A stretch of 64,000 nt of DNA from Candidatus Melainabacteria bacterium (GCA_963702275.1 CAVPCF010000184.1:55548-119547), one strand, 5' to 3'; positions 29,285 to 38,551 are shown, numbered from the stretch's first letter. The notes: generated from the letters alone by a model not told the origin. Program-made: numbers and translations.

Positions 29285-29440
29285 AAAGTTGGCTTGGCGG
29301 TTGTCAAGGCCCTCGCCCACATGTGCACAACTTTTCGAGTTGCCCACAGATTGCCATAGGGCCACCCATTTAGGGCTTGACAGGCATAGGGTTGAAAAGG
29401 GCCGAAGCCCCCAGGGTTGGGCGGGGGTCTGTCCGCCCGG
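29285..29440 (+). repeat. copy A of a ~140-nt conserved intergenic element (partner at 48560-48699, opposite strand)
   Basis: Shared blocks TGTCAA, CGCCCACAT/CCGCCACAT, CCACA..TTGCCA, GGGCTTGACA, AAAAGGGCCG[A/T]AGCCCCC and GGGTTGGGCGGGGGTCTGT, in the same order and spacing. Confidence 0.75.
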
Positions 29441-29726
29441 TCTGTGGAATCGCGGCTCGGAACTTGGTCGCTTTGCTGGGATTAGTGGTGGGTCGTTGAC
29501 CTTGCCAGAGACGGGTGCAAGGTCCGGCAAAGTCGCATAACGGCTGGTTGGAGGGCCTCTAAGTGCCTCTTCGTCGAATCGGCTGATCCTCCATTGAGGA
29601 GGGTTGGTTGGGCAGGTGCGAGGGATCTCTGCGCCGGGCCTGGTTGGAAGCGGCGCCGATCACCAGGGCAGATCGTGCTCATTAGCCGTCTGATCTGTGG
29701 AAGCACGACCTTGCCGAGGCTCTGGA

Positions 29727-29967
29727 GGCCCGGGGGCGAAGCCCCGCTGGCTAGGGGGCTTGGCTCCCAGAGGGCACGGACAACGAATCCGGGCGAGCCC
29801 GCGCCAGCGGGCGAACACGGCTAGCCAATGAGGAGGGGGGTCCGGGGGCGAAGCCCCGCCGGCCGGGGGTCTGGGGGCTTGGCCCCGGGCTTGGCCCCCA
29901 GAGGGCACCGGCGACGAATCTCGGCGAGCCCGCGCCAGCGGGTGAGCAGGGGTCGCCCAATGAGGAG
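29727..29967. repeat. two tandem direct repeats (109 and 130 bp) rich in GC hairpins
   Basis: Both units run GG[C/T]CCGGGGGCGAAGCCCCG ... CCCAGAGGGCAC..GACGAATC..GGCGAGCCCGCGCCAGCGGG ... CCAATGAGGAG. They lie immediately 3' of the ABC-2 permease gene. Confidence 0.8.
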
Positions 29968-29972
29968 TGACG

Positions 29973-30764
29973 CTATTCCGGGCGTGGGTCCCACCGGAAG
30001 CGGCGGATTCCGACTGCTGCGCCGCCGACGCCCCACGCCAGGAGTACGGCGAGGTGGGACCAGTCGAAGCCGGTGTGTTGGGCGAACGGCCCCAGCAGTG
30101 CCTCGTTGAACGGTCTTACCGGCAGGACGTCGGCGATGCGGTTGAGCACTGCGGAGTGGATCGGGAAGTAGGTGCCGGAGATGAACACCAGTGGGAAAAG
30201 AATGAACTGCACGACCGCCGGTGCGGCCTCGGAGTTGCGCACCAGCGAGGCGACGGCGACGCCCAGTGCGCAGAAGCTGGCGGCGCCGAGCACCAGCGTG
30301 ACCAGGATCGCCGTCCAGTGCGTCGGCATCGGCACGCCGTAGAGCCGGCCGACGCCGATGATCAGTGCGACCTCGATGACGCTGATCACGACGCAGTGTG
30401 CCAGCAGCCCGATGAAATAGATCCACGTCGGCAGGGGAGTGGCCCGCAGCCGTTTGAGAATGCCATCCTGGCGTCGCACGGCGAGCACGATGGCCAGATT
30501 GCTGTAGCAGGCGCCGAGCACGGACAGCGCGGCGATCGTCGGAATGTAGTACTGGAGACCCGACAGGCCGTAGAAGAACGAGTCGTTGGAGCCGCCGTTG
30601 AACACCGCGCCGAAGATGATGATGATGACGACGGGGAACACGAACGTGAAGAACGCGCTCTGCGGATTGCGCCAGAACGACAACTGCTCGTAGCGGACCT
30701 GGTGGACGAGCAACGCAAGGTCGTTGCGCCGCGCGGCGGGTGTGGTCTCGGTCGCGGTGGTCAT
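29973..30764 (-). CDS. ABC-2 type transporter permease
   Basis: 263 aa and 6 TM segments. ATGA overlap with the upstream ATPase gene. Confidence 0.85.
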   Translation of the reverse strand: MTTATETTPAARRNDLALLVHQVRYEQLSFWRNPQSAFFTFVFPVVIIIIFGAVFNGGSNDSFFYGLSGLQYYIPTIAALSVLGACYSNLAIVLAVRRQDGILKRLRATPLPTWIYFIGLLAHCVVISVIEVALIIGVGRLYGVPMPTHWTAILVTLVLGAASFCALGVAVASLVRNSEAAPAVVQFILFPLVFISGTYFPIHSAVLNRIADVLPVRPFNEALLGPFAQHTGFDWSHLAVLLAWGVGGAAVGIRRFRWDPRPE

Positions 30765-31738
30765 CGTCCACTCCTCGCCATGCTGCGGCGGCGACGCGGT
30801 TTCGCCGGTGCGGCCTCTTCGGTCTCGGCGCCGCTGCCGGTGAGCCGCAGGTAGATGTCCTCAAGGCTGGGCCGCTCCACGGACAGCCGGGCGAGCGTCG
30901 TGCCGCGGTCCAGCGCCCAGCCGGTGAGCTGGTGCAGCAGGCCGGTCGGCTCGTCGGCCTCGATGGTGACCAGGCCGTCGGCGCCGGTTGTCATGGCGGC
31001 GCTCGCGGGGACCGGCAGGTCGGCGACGGTGGTGTCGGCCGGCAGCGCGAACCGGATCCGGGTCAGTGCCGAGTCCCGACCGCCGATGGTGGCCGGGGTG
31101 CCCTCCGCCACGATCTCGCCGTTGGCGATCACGGCGACCCGGTCGGCCAGTACCTGCGCCTCGTCCATGTAGTGCGTGGTCAGGACGATCGTGGTGCCCG
31201 CCGTCCGCAGGTTCTCCACCACCTGCCAGGCACCGCGGCGGGCGTTCGGGTCGAACCCGGTCGTCGGCTCGTCCAGGAAGAGCAGCTTCGGGTTCCCGAC
31301 CATGCCCAGCGCCAGGTCGAGGCGGCGCTTCTGGCCGCCGGAGAGCTGCTTGACCTTCTGCTTCTGCTGCGGGCCAAGGTCGACGAGGCCGATCACCTCG
31401 TCGATCCCGCGTGGATTCGGGTAGTAGCCGGCATTGCGCGCGATCGTCTCGCGCACCGTGAGGTACGGCTCGACCGCGATGTCCTGCAGCACCAGCCCGA
31501 TCTGTTCGCGCAGTACTCGGCCCGACGCCCGGTGACCGGGATCGTGGCCGAGCACCCGCACGTCCCCGGCGTCGCGCTGCCGGAACCCCTCCAGGATCTC
31601 CAGCGTGGTCGTCTTGCCCGCACCATTGGGCCCGAGCAGCGCGAAGATCTCGCCCTCCTCGACGGTGAAGCTCACCCCTCGGACAGCTTCGACCTGGCCG
31701 TAGGTCTTACGTAGGTCCGTCACGACCACAGCACTCAC
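30761..31738 (-). CDS. ABC transporter ATP-binding protein (DrrA-like)
   Basis: Walker A GPNGAGKTT, signature LSGGQKRR and Walker B LLFLDEPT. GGAGGGGG RBS before GTG 31738. Confidence 0.9.
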   Translation of the reverse strand: MSAVVVTDLRKTYGQVEAVRGVSFTVEEGEIFALLGPNGAGKTTTLEILEGFRQRDAGDVRVLGHDPGHRASGRVLREQIGLVLQDIAVEPYLTVRETIARNAGYYPNPRGIDEVIGLVDLGPQQKQKVKQLSGGQKRRLDLALGMVGNPKLLFLDEPTTGFDPNARRGAWQVVENLRTAGTTIVLTTHYMDEAQVLADRVAVIANGEIVAEGTPATIGGRDSALTRIRFALPADTTVADLPVPASAAMTTGADGLVTIEADEPTGLLHQLTGWALDRGTTLARLSVERPSLEDIYLRLTGSGAETEEAAPAKPRRRRSMARSGR

Positions 31739-31857
31739 CGGGCACCCCCTCCTCGACCGACTGCTCAAGCATTCACCTGGAACCCGGTTGGTGCCTAGTA
31801 CATCTGTCACTCATGTGGACAGTGGGGACAGCCCCGCGCGAGGGGCTGTCCCCACTG

Positions 31858-32469
31858 CTAGCTCGCCTGCCGGTACCGGTCCAGGATGCCGGCCCGCAAC
31901 TCCGGGACCGACACGTCGAGTGTCGACAGGATGTGCGCCGCCGCGCTGGACTTCGTGTTGAGCAGCGCGAGGGCGAGGTGCTCGACGCCCAGGTAGCCGC
32001 TGTGCAGCTCGGTTGCCTCGTGCAGGGACTGGGCAAGGCACTTCTTGGCCCGCTGCGTGAACGGGAAGTGCCCAGAGCGTTGCCTCGGCCTGCGGCCGGC
32101 CCTCGGCCTGCGCCACCAGCGCCGGTCGGGTTGGCGTGGCGGCCGCAGCGCGTTCGGGCCGAACATCTCCTCCACCTTGCCGCGCACCACGTCCAGGTCG
32201 ATGCCGATGGCGGCGAGGGCGTCCCGGTCCAGCGTGTCGAACAGGCTGGCCGGCACGTCCCGTGCCGGGCCGATCATGCGCAGGATCTCGGCCCTGATGA
32301 GTTCCGGTCGGACACCCGCCTCGCGCAGGGCGGCACCGGTCGGTTCCTCGGCCGACGCGACGGCGAGCAGCAGGTGTTCGCAGCCGATCCAGCGGTGGCC
32401 GAGCAGTCGCGCGTGGTGTTGCGCGGCCACGACGGTGGCGCGGGCATCGGGCGTGAATCGCTCGAACAT
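31858..32469 (-). CDS. Clp amino-terminal (Clp_N / Clp R) domain protein
   Basis: MFERFTPDARATVVAAQHHARLLGHRWIGCEHLLLAV plus a second repeat, GYLGVEHLALALL. Confidence 0.8.
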   Translation of the reverse strand: MFERFTPDARATVVAAQHHARLLGHRWIGCEHLLLAVASAEEPTGAALREAGVRPELIRAEILRMIGPARDVPASLFDTLDRDALAAIGIDLDVVRGKVEEMFGPNALRPPRQPDRRWWRRPRAGRRPRQRSGHFPFTQRAKKCLAQSLHEATELHSGYLGVEHLALALLNTKSSAAAHILSTLDVSVPELRAGILDRYRQAS

Positions 32470-32690
32470 CAGCGCCTCCCGTGCTTGCGGTGCACGGTCT
32501 GCTTCGTGACGCCGAGCCTGGCCGCGATGTCAGCCCATGACCAGCCCAGTTTCCGTGCGTTGTCGACCTGGAGGATCTCCAGTTGTTCGGTCAGTGTGCG
32601 TAGTGCCGCGACCGCCCGGAGCCCGATGTCCGGGTCGTTGCTCGCGGCACCCTGGGTAAGTTCGAGTGTCGTCTCCATGTCCGTCAGCAT
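32469..32690 (-). CDS. small helix-turn-helix DNA-binding protein
   Basis: 73 aa with a C-terminal HTH (GWSWADIAARLGVTKQTVHRKHGRR). Its stop overlaps the Clp_N gene start. Confidence 0.7.
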   Translation of the reverse strand: MLTDMETTLELTQGAASNDPDIGLRAVAALRTLTEQLEILQVDNARKLGWSWADIAARLGVTKQTVHRKHGRR

Positions 32691-32728
32691 ATGCTGACGG
32701 AGGCCGGTTCGTCAACATATGCTGACGG
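32681..32728. promoter_or_regulatory. two adjacent 20-bp palindromic operator candidates
   Basis: CCGTCAGCATATGCTGACGG (32681-32700) is a perfect palindrome that covers the HTH start codon. TCGTCAACATATGCTGACGG (32709-32728) has 2 deviations. They sit in the divergent region between the HTH and VOC genes. Confidence 0.55.
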
Positions 32729-32792
32729 TCGACCGCGGGCCGGTCGAGGAGTATCGTTACGTTTGAAGGTTCAACTATTAGGGAGAACGGAC

Positions 32793-33302
32793 ATGCCGAT
32801 CCAGCGCCTGAACCACGCCGTACTCTACGTCCGCGATGTGGCGGAGAGTGGTGCCTTCTACCACGATGTGCTCGGCTTCCGCACGGTGATGGAGATCCCC
32901 GGTCGCGCGCTGTTCCTCCAGGCCGCCGGTTCGACGAACGACCACGACCTCGGCCTGTTCGCGATCGGCACCAACGCCGGCGACTCGCCTGCCGGCCAGA
33001 GCACGGTCGGGCTCTACCACCTGGCCTGGGAGGTCGACACGCTGACCGAACTCAGCCGGGTCGCCGAGCGGCTGACCGCGGCCGGCGCACTGGTCGGCGC
33101 GTCCGACCACGGCACCACCAAGGCCCTGTACGCCAAGGACCCCAACGGCCTTGAGTTCGAGGTCTGCTGGCTGGTGCCGGCCGACCGGCTGCCCGATGAG
33201 CGGCCCTCGACCCGCGAACCGCTGGACATCGACGCCGAGATCGCGCGGTACGGCGCGGAAACCCGCGGTGGCGTCGGCGTGTCAACGCCCGCACTGGCCT
33301 GA
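32793..33302 (+). CDS. VOC family protein (glyoxalase/extradiol dioxygenase fold)
   Basis: MPIQRLNHAVLYVRDVAESGAFYHDVLGF. Trimmed to ATG 32793, with GGGAGA upstream. Confidence 0.85.
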   Translation: MPIQRLNHAVLYVRDVAESGAFYHDVLGFRTVMEIPGRALFLQAAGSTNDHDLGLFAIGTNAGDSPAGQSTVGLYHLAWEVDTLTELSRVAERLTAAGALVGASDHGTTKALYAKDPNGLEFEVCWLVPADRLPDERPSTREPLDIDAEIARYGAETRGGVGVSTPALA

Positions 33303-33342
33303 CACCGATGGGCCGGCCCCGCGTGGCCGGCCCAACCGGTGT
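33302..33342. terminator. hairpin between convergent genes (candidate bidirectional terminator)
   Basis: ACACCG..GGGCCGGCC ccgcgt GGCCGGCCC..CGGTGT. A 9-bp perfect inner stem plus a 6-bp outer stem. Confidence 0.5.
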
Positions 33343-33729
33343 CTAGGTCCTGGCGCGAACGCCAAGCGGAATCCGTCTTGCCAGCGGTACGGCCAGCAAC
33401 AGCAGGACGGCGATCTCGACCACCAGGCTGAGCAACGCCTGCGGTGCCGGTTGCAGGCCGTGCTCCACGAACCCGTACAGGCCAACGGTTCTGGACAACA
33501 CGAAGCCGCCCAACGCGCCAGCGACCAGACCGGCCGCCAGCACCCGCAGCACCGGCGAGTTGCTGACGACCAGGAGCACCGCGACCGCGAACGAACCGCT
33601 CGCCTGCACCAGGAACGCCGGGCCGATCACCGGAATCGCCTGGTAGCCGTGCACATACAGGTCGGCGTGCAGGTAGCCGGCCACGGCGAGACAGGCCGCG
33701 GCGGGCAGCCGGAGCAGGACGCGCCTCAT
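33343..33729 (-). CDS. small integral membrane protein (128 aa, 4 predicted TM)
   Basis: Hydrophobic ORF trimmed to ATG 33729, with ATGA overlap to the upstream phosphoesterase gene. Confidence 0.6.
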   Translation of the reverse strand: MRRVLLRLPAAACLAVAGYLHADLYVHGYQAIPVIGPAFLVQASGSFAVAVLLVVSNSPVLRVLAAGLVAGALGGFVLSRTVGLYGFVEHGLQPAPQALLSLVVEIAVLLLLAVPLARRIPLGVRART

Positions 33730-34664
33730 GCCAGCCTCCGGTCCTTGACGGCCAGCCGCTGCCCGCCGCCGACGTAGCCGACCTCGCGGATGCCCAGCGC
33801 GGCATGCAACTGGCCGGCCGGCAGCGTGACCGGGCTCGGCGCGGGGCCGTCGCCCGGCTTGGGCAGCGGATAGGCCGTCGTGGTGGCGCTGAAGAACGTC
33901 ACGTTGCCCTCGGTCTTGGTGAACAGCTGGTGCACGTGGCCGTTCAGGCACGTCACCGACGCGAACCGGCGCAGGTAGCTCAGCGCCTGGACCGAGTCGT
34001 CGGTGGCCCAGCCCCATTTCGGATACATGGCGAACAGCGGAATGTGGCTGAACACCACGATCGGCGTGTCGTTGGACAGCCCTGCGACGTCCTTGCGCAG
34101 CCAGTCGAGCTGGTCATTCCCCAGGTGCCCCAACGTTTCCAGGCCGAGCGTGTTGACAAGTGCGACGAAGTGCACGCCGTGCGTGTCGAAGCTGTACCAG
34201 CCGTCGCCGATGGTGCCGGCGCCGAAGAACTGCCGGTACTGCTTGCCGTTGTCGCCGATGCCGTCGTGCTCGCCGGGCACCGCGAACACGTGCCCGGTGT
34301 GCAGCCCGTCCAGCATCTGCTTGACCTGGTCGAACTGGCCCGGCATGGACAGGTGGGTGAGATCGCCGGTGTGGATCACGAAGTCCGGGCGGTAGGGCAG
34401 CGCGTTGACCTGCCCGATCGCCTCGCCGAACGACTCGGTGACCATCGTGTTCGCAGGGCCGGTGAAACCGATGTGGCTGTCGCTGATCTGCACGAACCGC
34501 AACGCCTTCGGGTCGGCGGCCGCCGCGGCCGTGTCGATGGGCTGCTGCGCGACGTGGCTGAGCACCTCGCCGCCGGTGACGGTGAGCACCACCGCCGCGC
34601 CGAACCACGCGGTGTGCCGCAACAGTTGGCGCCGGGTCATGCCATGCGGGTCCTGTTCGGTCAT
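33726..34664 (-). CDS. Tat-exported metallophosphoesterase
   Basis: Twin-arginine motif MTRRQLLRHTAWFGAAV. Calcineurin-like motifs ISDSHIG, HTGDLTH and VPGEHD, with GHVH later. ATGA overlaps on both sides. Confidence 0.85.
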   Translation of the reverse strand: MTEQDPHGMTRRQLLRHTAWFGAAVVLTVTGGEVLSHVAQQPIDTAAAAADPKALRFVQISDSHIGFTGPANTMVTESFGEAIGQVNALPYRPDFVIHTGDLTHLSMPGQFDQVKQMLDGLHTGHVFAVPGEHDGIGDNGKQYRQFFGAGTIGDGWYSFDTHGVHFVALVNTLGLETLGHLGNDQLDWLRKDVAGLSNDTPIVVFSHIPLFAMYPKWGWATDDSVQALSYLRRFASVTCLNGHVHQLFTKTEGNVTFFSATTTAYPLPKPGDGPAPSPVTLPAGQLHAALGIREVGYVGGGQRLAVKDRRLA

Positions 34665-35086
34665 GGGGTCACCACCACCGTCGCGGTCATGAAGGGATGG
34701 ATGGTGCACAGGTAGTTGTACGTGCCAGGCTTGGTGAACGTGTACTGGTATGTCGAGCCGGAGTTCAGGGGCGATGAGTTGAACGTGCCGTTCTTCGCGG
34801 TCACCGTGTGCGCCTCCTGGTCGGTGTTGGTCCACGTGACCGTGGTGCCGACCTTGACCGTCACGGCGGCCGGCACGAACGCGAAGTTCTTGATGCTCAC
34901 GGTGTTCGCGGCAACCGGCGCACCGGCGGCGGAGGTGGCCGTCGGCATGGCGGCCATCGAGTCGCTTGTGGACGGTGCGCCGGGCGCGACCGCCTGGGTC
35001 GTGCCGCCGCAGGCGGCCAGTCCGACCAGGCCCGCGACGGTCGCCAGCGCGGCCACCAGGCCGGCCGTCCGTTGGTGCAGTGGCAT
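34661..35086 (-). CDS. cupredoxin (plastocyanin/amicyanin-like) lipoprotein
   Basis: Lipobox LAAC. Copper-ligand pattern H...YLCTIHPFM. Confidence 0.8.
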   Translation of the reverse strand: MPLHQRTAGLVAALATVAGLVGLAACGGTTQAVAPGAPSTSDSMAAMPTATSAAGAPVAANTVSIKNFAFVPAAVTVKVGTTVTWTNTDQEAHTVTAKNGTFNSSPLNSGSTYQYTFTKPGTYNYLCTIHPFMTATVVVTP

Positions 35087-35162
35087 AGTGCTCGTCTCCG
35101 TGCGCGGCCGCCGCCCGATGCGGGGGCCCTCACCCCTCAGATAGGGGGGTGGGTTACACGGG

Positions 35163-36338
35163 TCAGATGCTGTCGCGGACCTTGACGAAACCGGCGACCG
35201 CGCGGCGCACCTCGTCCTCGGAGTGGGCCGCCGAGAGTTGCACGCGGATGCGGGCCTTGTCCTTGGGCACCACCGGATACGAGAACGCGATGACGTAGAT
35301 GCCCAGCGCCAGCAGGGCCTGCGCCATCCGGTCGGCCGTGGCCGCGTCGCCGATCATGACCGGCGTGATCGGATGGCTGCCGGGCAGGATGTCGAAGCCG
35401 GCGGCCGTCATCTCGGCGCGGAACAGTTCCGTGTTCCGCCGCAGCCGGTCCCGCGCGTCGTCCGAAGTGGACAGCAGTTCCAGCACCCGCAGCGACGCCA
35501 CCGCGATCGACGGGGCGAGTGAGTTCGAGAAGAGGTAGGGTCGGGAGCGCTGGCGCAGCAGGGCCACGATCTCCGCCCGCGCGCTCACGTAGCCGCCGCT
35601 GGCGCCGCCGAGGGCCTTGCCGAGCGTGCCGGTGATGATGTCGATCTTGTCCATGACACCGTGCAGTTCCGGGGTGCCGCGGCCGCTGGCGCCGATGAAG
35701 CCGACCGCGTGCGAGTCGTCGACCATGACGAGGGCGTCGTGGCGCTCGGCGAGCGCGCAGATCTCGGCCAGCGGCGCGAAGTAGCCGTCCATGGAGAACA
35801 CGCCGTCGGTGACGATCAGGCGGTAGCGGGCGCCCGCCGACTCCTCGAGGCATCGCTGGAGGTCGGCCATGTCGCGGTTGCGGTACCGGAAGCGCCGCGC
35901 CTTGCACAGGCGGATGCCGTCGATGATGCTGGCGTGGTTGAGCTCGTCGGAGATGACCGCGTCCGCGTCGGTCAGCAGCGTCTCGAACACACCGCCGTTC
36001 GCGTCGAAGCACGAGCTGTAGAGGATCGTGTCCTCCTGGCCGAGGAACGCCGACAGCCGGGCTTCGAGTTCCTTGTGCGGCTCCTGGGTGCCGCAGATGA
36101 AGCGCACCGACGCCATGCCGAAGCCCCACTCGTCCAGCGCGCGCTGCGCCGCGGCGATCACGTCGGGGTGGTCGGCGAGACCCAGATAGTTGTTCGCGCA
36201 GAAGTTGACGACGTCCGCGCCGCCGACCCGGATGCCGGCCGCCTGCGGGCTTGCGATGACGCGTTCGCCCTTCCACAACCCGGCCGCCCTGATGTCCGCA
36301 AGGGTGGTGCGCAGGTCCTCACGCATGCGGTCGAACAC
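35163..36338 (-). CDS. kbl: glycine C-acetyltransferase (2-amino-3-ketobutyrate CoA ligase)
   Basis: PLP-enzyme motifs ([30 protein letters not shown]). GAGGAGG RBS before GTG 36338. Immediately downstream of tdh. Confidence 0.9.
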   Translation of the reverse strand: MFDRMREDLRTTLADIRAAGLWKGERVIASPQAAGIRVGGADVVNFCANNYLGLADHPDVIAAAQRALDEWGFGMASVRFICGTQEPHKELEARLSAFLGQEDTILYSSCFDANGGVFETLLTDADAVISDELNHASIIDGIRLCKARRFRYRNRDMADLQRCLEESAGARYRLIVTDGVFSMDGYFAPLAEICALAERHDALVMVDDSHAVGFIGASGRGTPELHGVMDKIDIITGTLGKALGGASGGYVSARAEIVALLRQRSRPYLFSNSLAPSIAVASLRVLELLSTSDDARDRLRRNTELFRAEMTAAGFDILPGSHPITPVMIGDAATADRMAQALLALGIYVIAFSYPVVPKDKARIRVQLSAAHSEDEVRRAVAGFVKVRDSI

Positions 36339-36349
36339 CGCGATCCTCC

Positions 36350-37390
36350 TCAGTGGACGATGGCCCTTGTCCAGTCGATGATGATCTTGCCACACTGCCC
36401 GGACCGGGCCGCGGCGAACGCCTCCGCGTGCTGGGCGTAGCCGAACCGGTCGGTGATCACCGGCGAGATGTCCAGGCCTGCCTGCAACAGCACGGACATC
36501 GCGTACCACGTGTCGTACATCTCGCGCCCGTAGATGCCCTTGATGGTCAGCATGTGCGTGACGACCCTGGCCATGTCGATCGTGATGTCCTCGGACGGCA
36601 GGCCGAGCACCGCGATCCGGCCGCCGTGCGTCATGTTGGCGATCATGTCGCGCAGCGGCGCAGGCTGTCCGGACATCTCGAGGCCGACGTCGAAGCCCTC
36701 CTTCATGCCAAGCCGCTGCTGCGCCGCCGCGACGGTCTCCGTCAGCGCGTCCAGCGCCAGGCTCACGCCCACCTTCCGCGCCAGTTCCAGCCGGTAGGGG
36801 CTGACGTCGGTGATGACGACATGCCGCGCACCCGCGTGCCGGGCAACGGCCGCGGCCATGATGCCGATCGGACCCGCGCCGGTGACCAGCACGTCCTCGC
36901 CGAGCACCGGGAACGCCAGCGCGGTGTGCACCGCGTTGCCGAAGGGGTCGAAGATCGCCGCCACGTCCAGGTCGACCTCGTGCCGGTGCACCCACACGTT
37001 GCTCTCCGGCAGCACCACGAACTCGGCGAACGCGCCGTCGGTGTGCACGCCGAGGCCGACGGTCCGGATACACAGGTGGCGCCGGCCCGCCATGCAGTTG
37101 CGACACGTGCCGCACACCAGGTGCCCCTCGCCGCTGACCACGTCACCCGACCGCACGCCGACCACGCCCGCGCCGATCTCGGCGACCTCGCCGACGAACT
37201 CGTGGCCGAGCACGAGCGGCGGCGTTATCGCGCCGGCCGCCCAGGAATCCCACGCGTCGATGTGCAGGTCGGTGCCGCAGATCCCGGTCCGCAGCACCCT
37301 GATCAGCACCTGCCCCGCGCCGAGCGCCGGGATCGGCACGTCGACCAGTTCGAGCCCCGGTCGTGCCGCGGTCTTGACGAGCGCCTGCAT
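36350..37390 (-). CDS. tdh: L-threonine 3-dehydrogenase
   Basis: Zn-ADH motifs ([17 protein letters not shown]-x2-C-x2-C-x7-C as [15 protein letters not shown]). The N-terminus MQALVK aligns with E. coli Tdh MKALSK. Confidence 0.9.
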   Translation of the reverse strand: MQALVKTAARPGLELVDVPIPALGAGQVLIRVLRTGICGTDLHIDAWDSWAAGAITPPLVLGHEFVGEVAEIGAGVVGVRSGDVVSGEGHLVCGTCRNCMAGRRHLCIRTVGLGVHTDGAFAEFVVLPESNVWVHRHEVDLDVAAIFDPFGNAVHTALAFPVLGEDVLVTGAGPIGIMAAAVARHAGARHVVITDVSPYRLELARKVGVSLALDALTETVAAAQQRLGMKEGFDVGLEMSGQPAPLRDMIANMTHGGRIAVLGLPSEDITIDMARVVTHMLTIKGIYGREMYDTWYAMSVLLQAGLDISPVITDRFGYAQHAEAFAAARSGQCGKIIIDWTRAIVH

Positions 37391-37462
37391 GGCGGTACCC
37401 CTCACGAACGGACACTCTCCTGCGGCCCGATAGTACAGTCCATCTAGATTTTCTGGCGTCTT

Positions 37463-37499
37463 CTGTGTAGCTGAGCTTCACAGTCGTGTCAGACTGACA
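37463..37499. promoter_or_regulatory. LysR-type (T-N11-A style) inverted repeats in the tdh/LysR divergent region
   Basis: CTGTG-N11-CACAG (37463-37483) and TGTCAG-A-CTGACA (37487-37499), just upstream of the LysR GTG. Confidence 0.35.
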
Positions 37500-37501
37500 G
37501 C

Positions 37502-38404
37502 GTGATCGACCCCCGCAGGCTGCGTGTGTTGCGCGCACTGGCCGACCACGGCACGGTGACCGCGGCCGCGCGGGCGCTGTACCTGAGCCCGTCCGCGGTG
37601 TCCCAGCAACTGGCGGCGCTGGAGGCCGAGGCGGGCCAGTCGCTGCTGGAGCGGCGGGGCCGCGCGGTGCGGCTGACCGCCGCCGGTCACGTGCTTGCCG
37701 CGCACGCGAGCGTGATCGCGGCGCAGTTGGAGCGGGCCGCCGCGGACCTGGCGGCGTGCTCGGCGGGCAGCGTGGGGGAGGTGACGGTCGCGGCGTTCGC
37801 GACCGCGATCACCGAGGTCGTGGCGCCTGCCATCGCGTCGCTGCGGACCAGTTCGCCCTCGCTGCGGGTGCGCGTGCGGGACGCCGAGGGCAACGCCAGC
37901 GTGCCCTTGTTGATCGAGCGCAAGGTCGACGTGGCCGTCGCCGTGGAGTATCGAGGCGCACCGGCAGCGGACGACCAGCGGATCCTGCGCGAACCCCTGT
38001 ACGCGGAACCGTTCGACGTGGTCCTGCCGCCCGGCCACCCGTTCGCGGACACGCCGGAGATCAGCCTGGCGGAGCTGGCGCCGGAGCCGTGGATCATCCC
38101 GTGGCCGGACAACCCGTGCCACGACGTGGTCCTGCTGGCCTGCGAACGAGCGGGTTTCCAGCCACGCGTCGACTGCCTGTCCGACGACTTCCGAGCCGTG
38201 GCCGCACTGGCCGCGGCAGGCGCGGGGGTCGGGCTGGTGCCCAGGTCGGCGTTGCGCGGGGTCGACCTGGGCGGCGCGGTCGTGCGACCGATGGCGGGGG
38301 AGCGACCAACCCGACGCGTGTTCACCGCGGTACGACGCGGCGGCGAGTCGCACCCCCTGTGGGCCGTGGTCCTGGCGGCCCTACGCCAACACGTCCCCGC
38401 TTGA
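37502..38404 (+). CDS. LysR family transcriptional regulator
   Basis: N-terminal HTH (LRVLRALADHGTVTAAARALYLSPSAVSQQLAALE). Divergent from tdh-kbl. Confidence 0.85.
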   Translation: MIDPRRLRVLRALADHGTVTAAARALYLSPSAVSQQLAALEAEAGQSLLERRGRAVRLTAAGHVLAAHASVIAAQLERAAADLAACSAGSVGEVTVAAFATAITEVVAPAIASLRTSSPSLRVRVRDAEGNASVPLLIERKVDVAVAVEYRGAPAADDQRILREPLYAEPFDVVLPPGHPFADTPEISLAELAPEPWIIPWPDNPCHDVVLLACERAGFQPRVDCLSDDFRAVAALAAAGAGVGLVPRSALRGVDLGGAVVRPMAGERPTRRVFTAVRRGGESHPLWAVVLAALRQHVPA

Positions 38405-38551
38405 CCACTTCTCGAACAGAGACGGCATCCGAATTTGGAACCACCGCTCAGGTCATCCCATCTTTTGTGCATATCGGCGTGAACAGTGCGACTGAACGGG
38501 TTAGCCGCGGGTTGACCGGTCCGATGTCTCGCTCGTAGTCTGGCCGGCGCT

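Noticed and set aside
29594-29960. Short ORFs inside the 29.6-30.0 kb repeat region and ORF 48029..48412 inside the palindrome core, as possible repeat proteins.
   Set aside because: The repeat unit lengths (109/130 nt and 61-63 nt) are not multiples of three. The sequences are dominated by hairpins. The translations differ between units, so the repeats are nucleotide-level rather than coding.
35163-37115. 650-aa ORF suggesting a large fusion protein upstream of kbl.
   Set aside because: Only the C-terminal 391 aa are Kbl-like, and they have their own RBS and GTG at 36338. The N-terminal 260 aa are Arg/Gly/Pro-rich and lie out of frame over the well-supported tdh gene.
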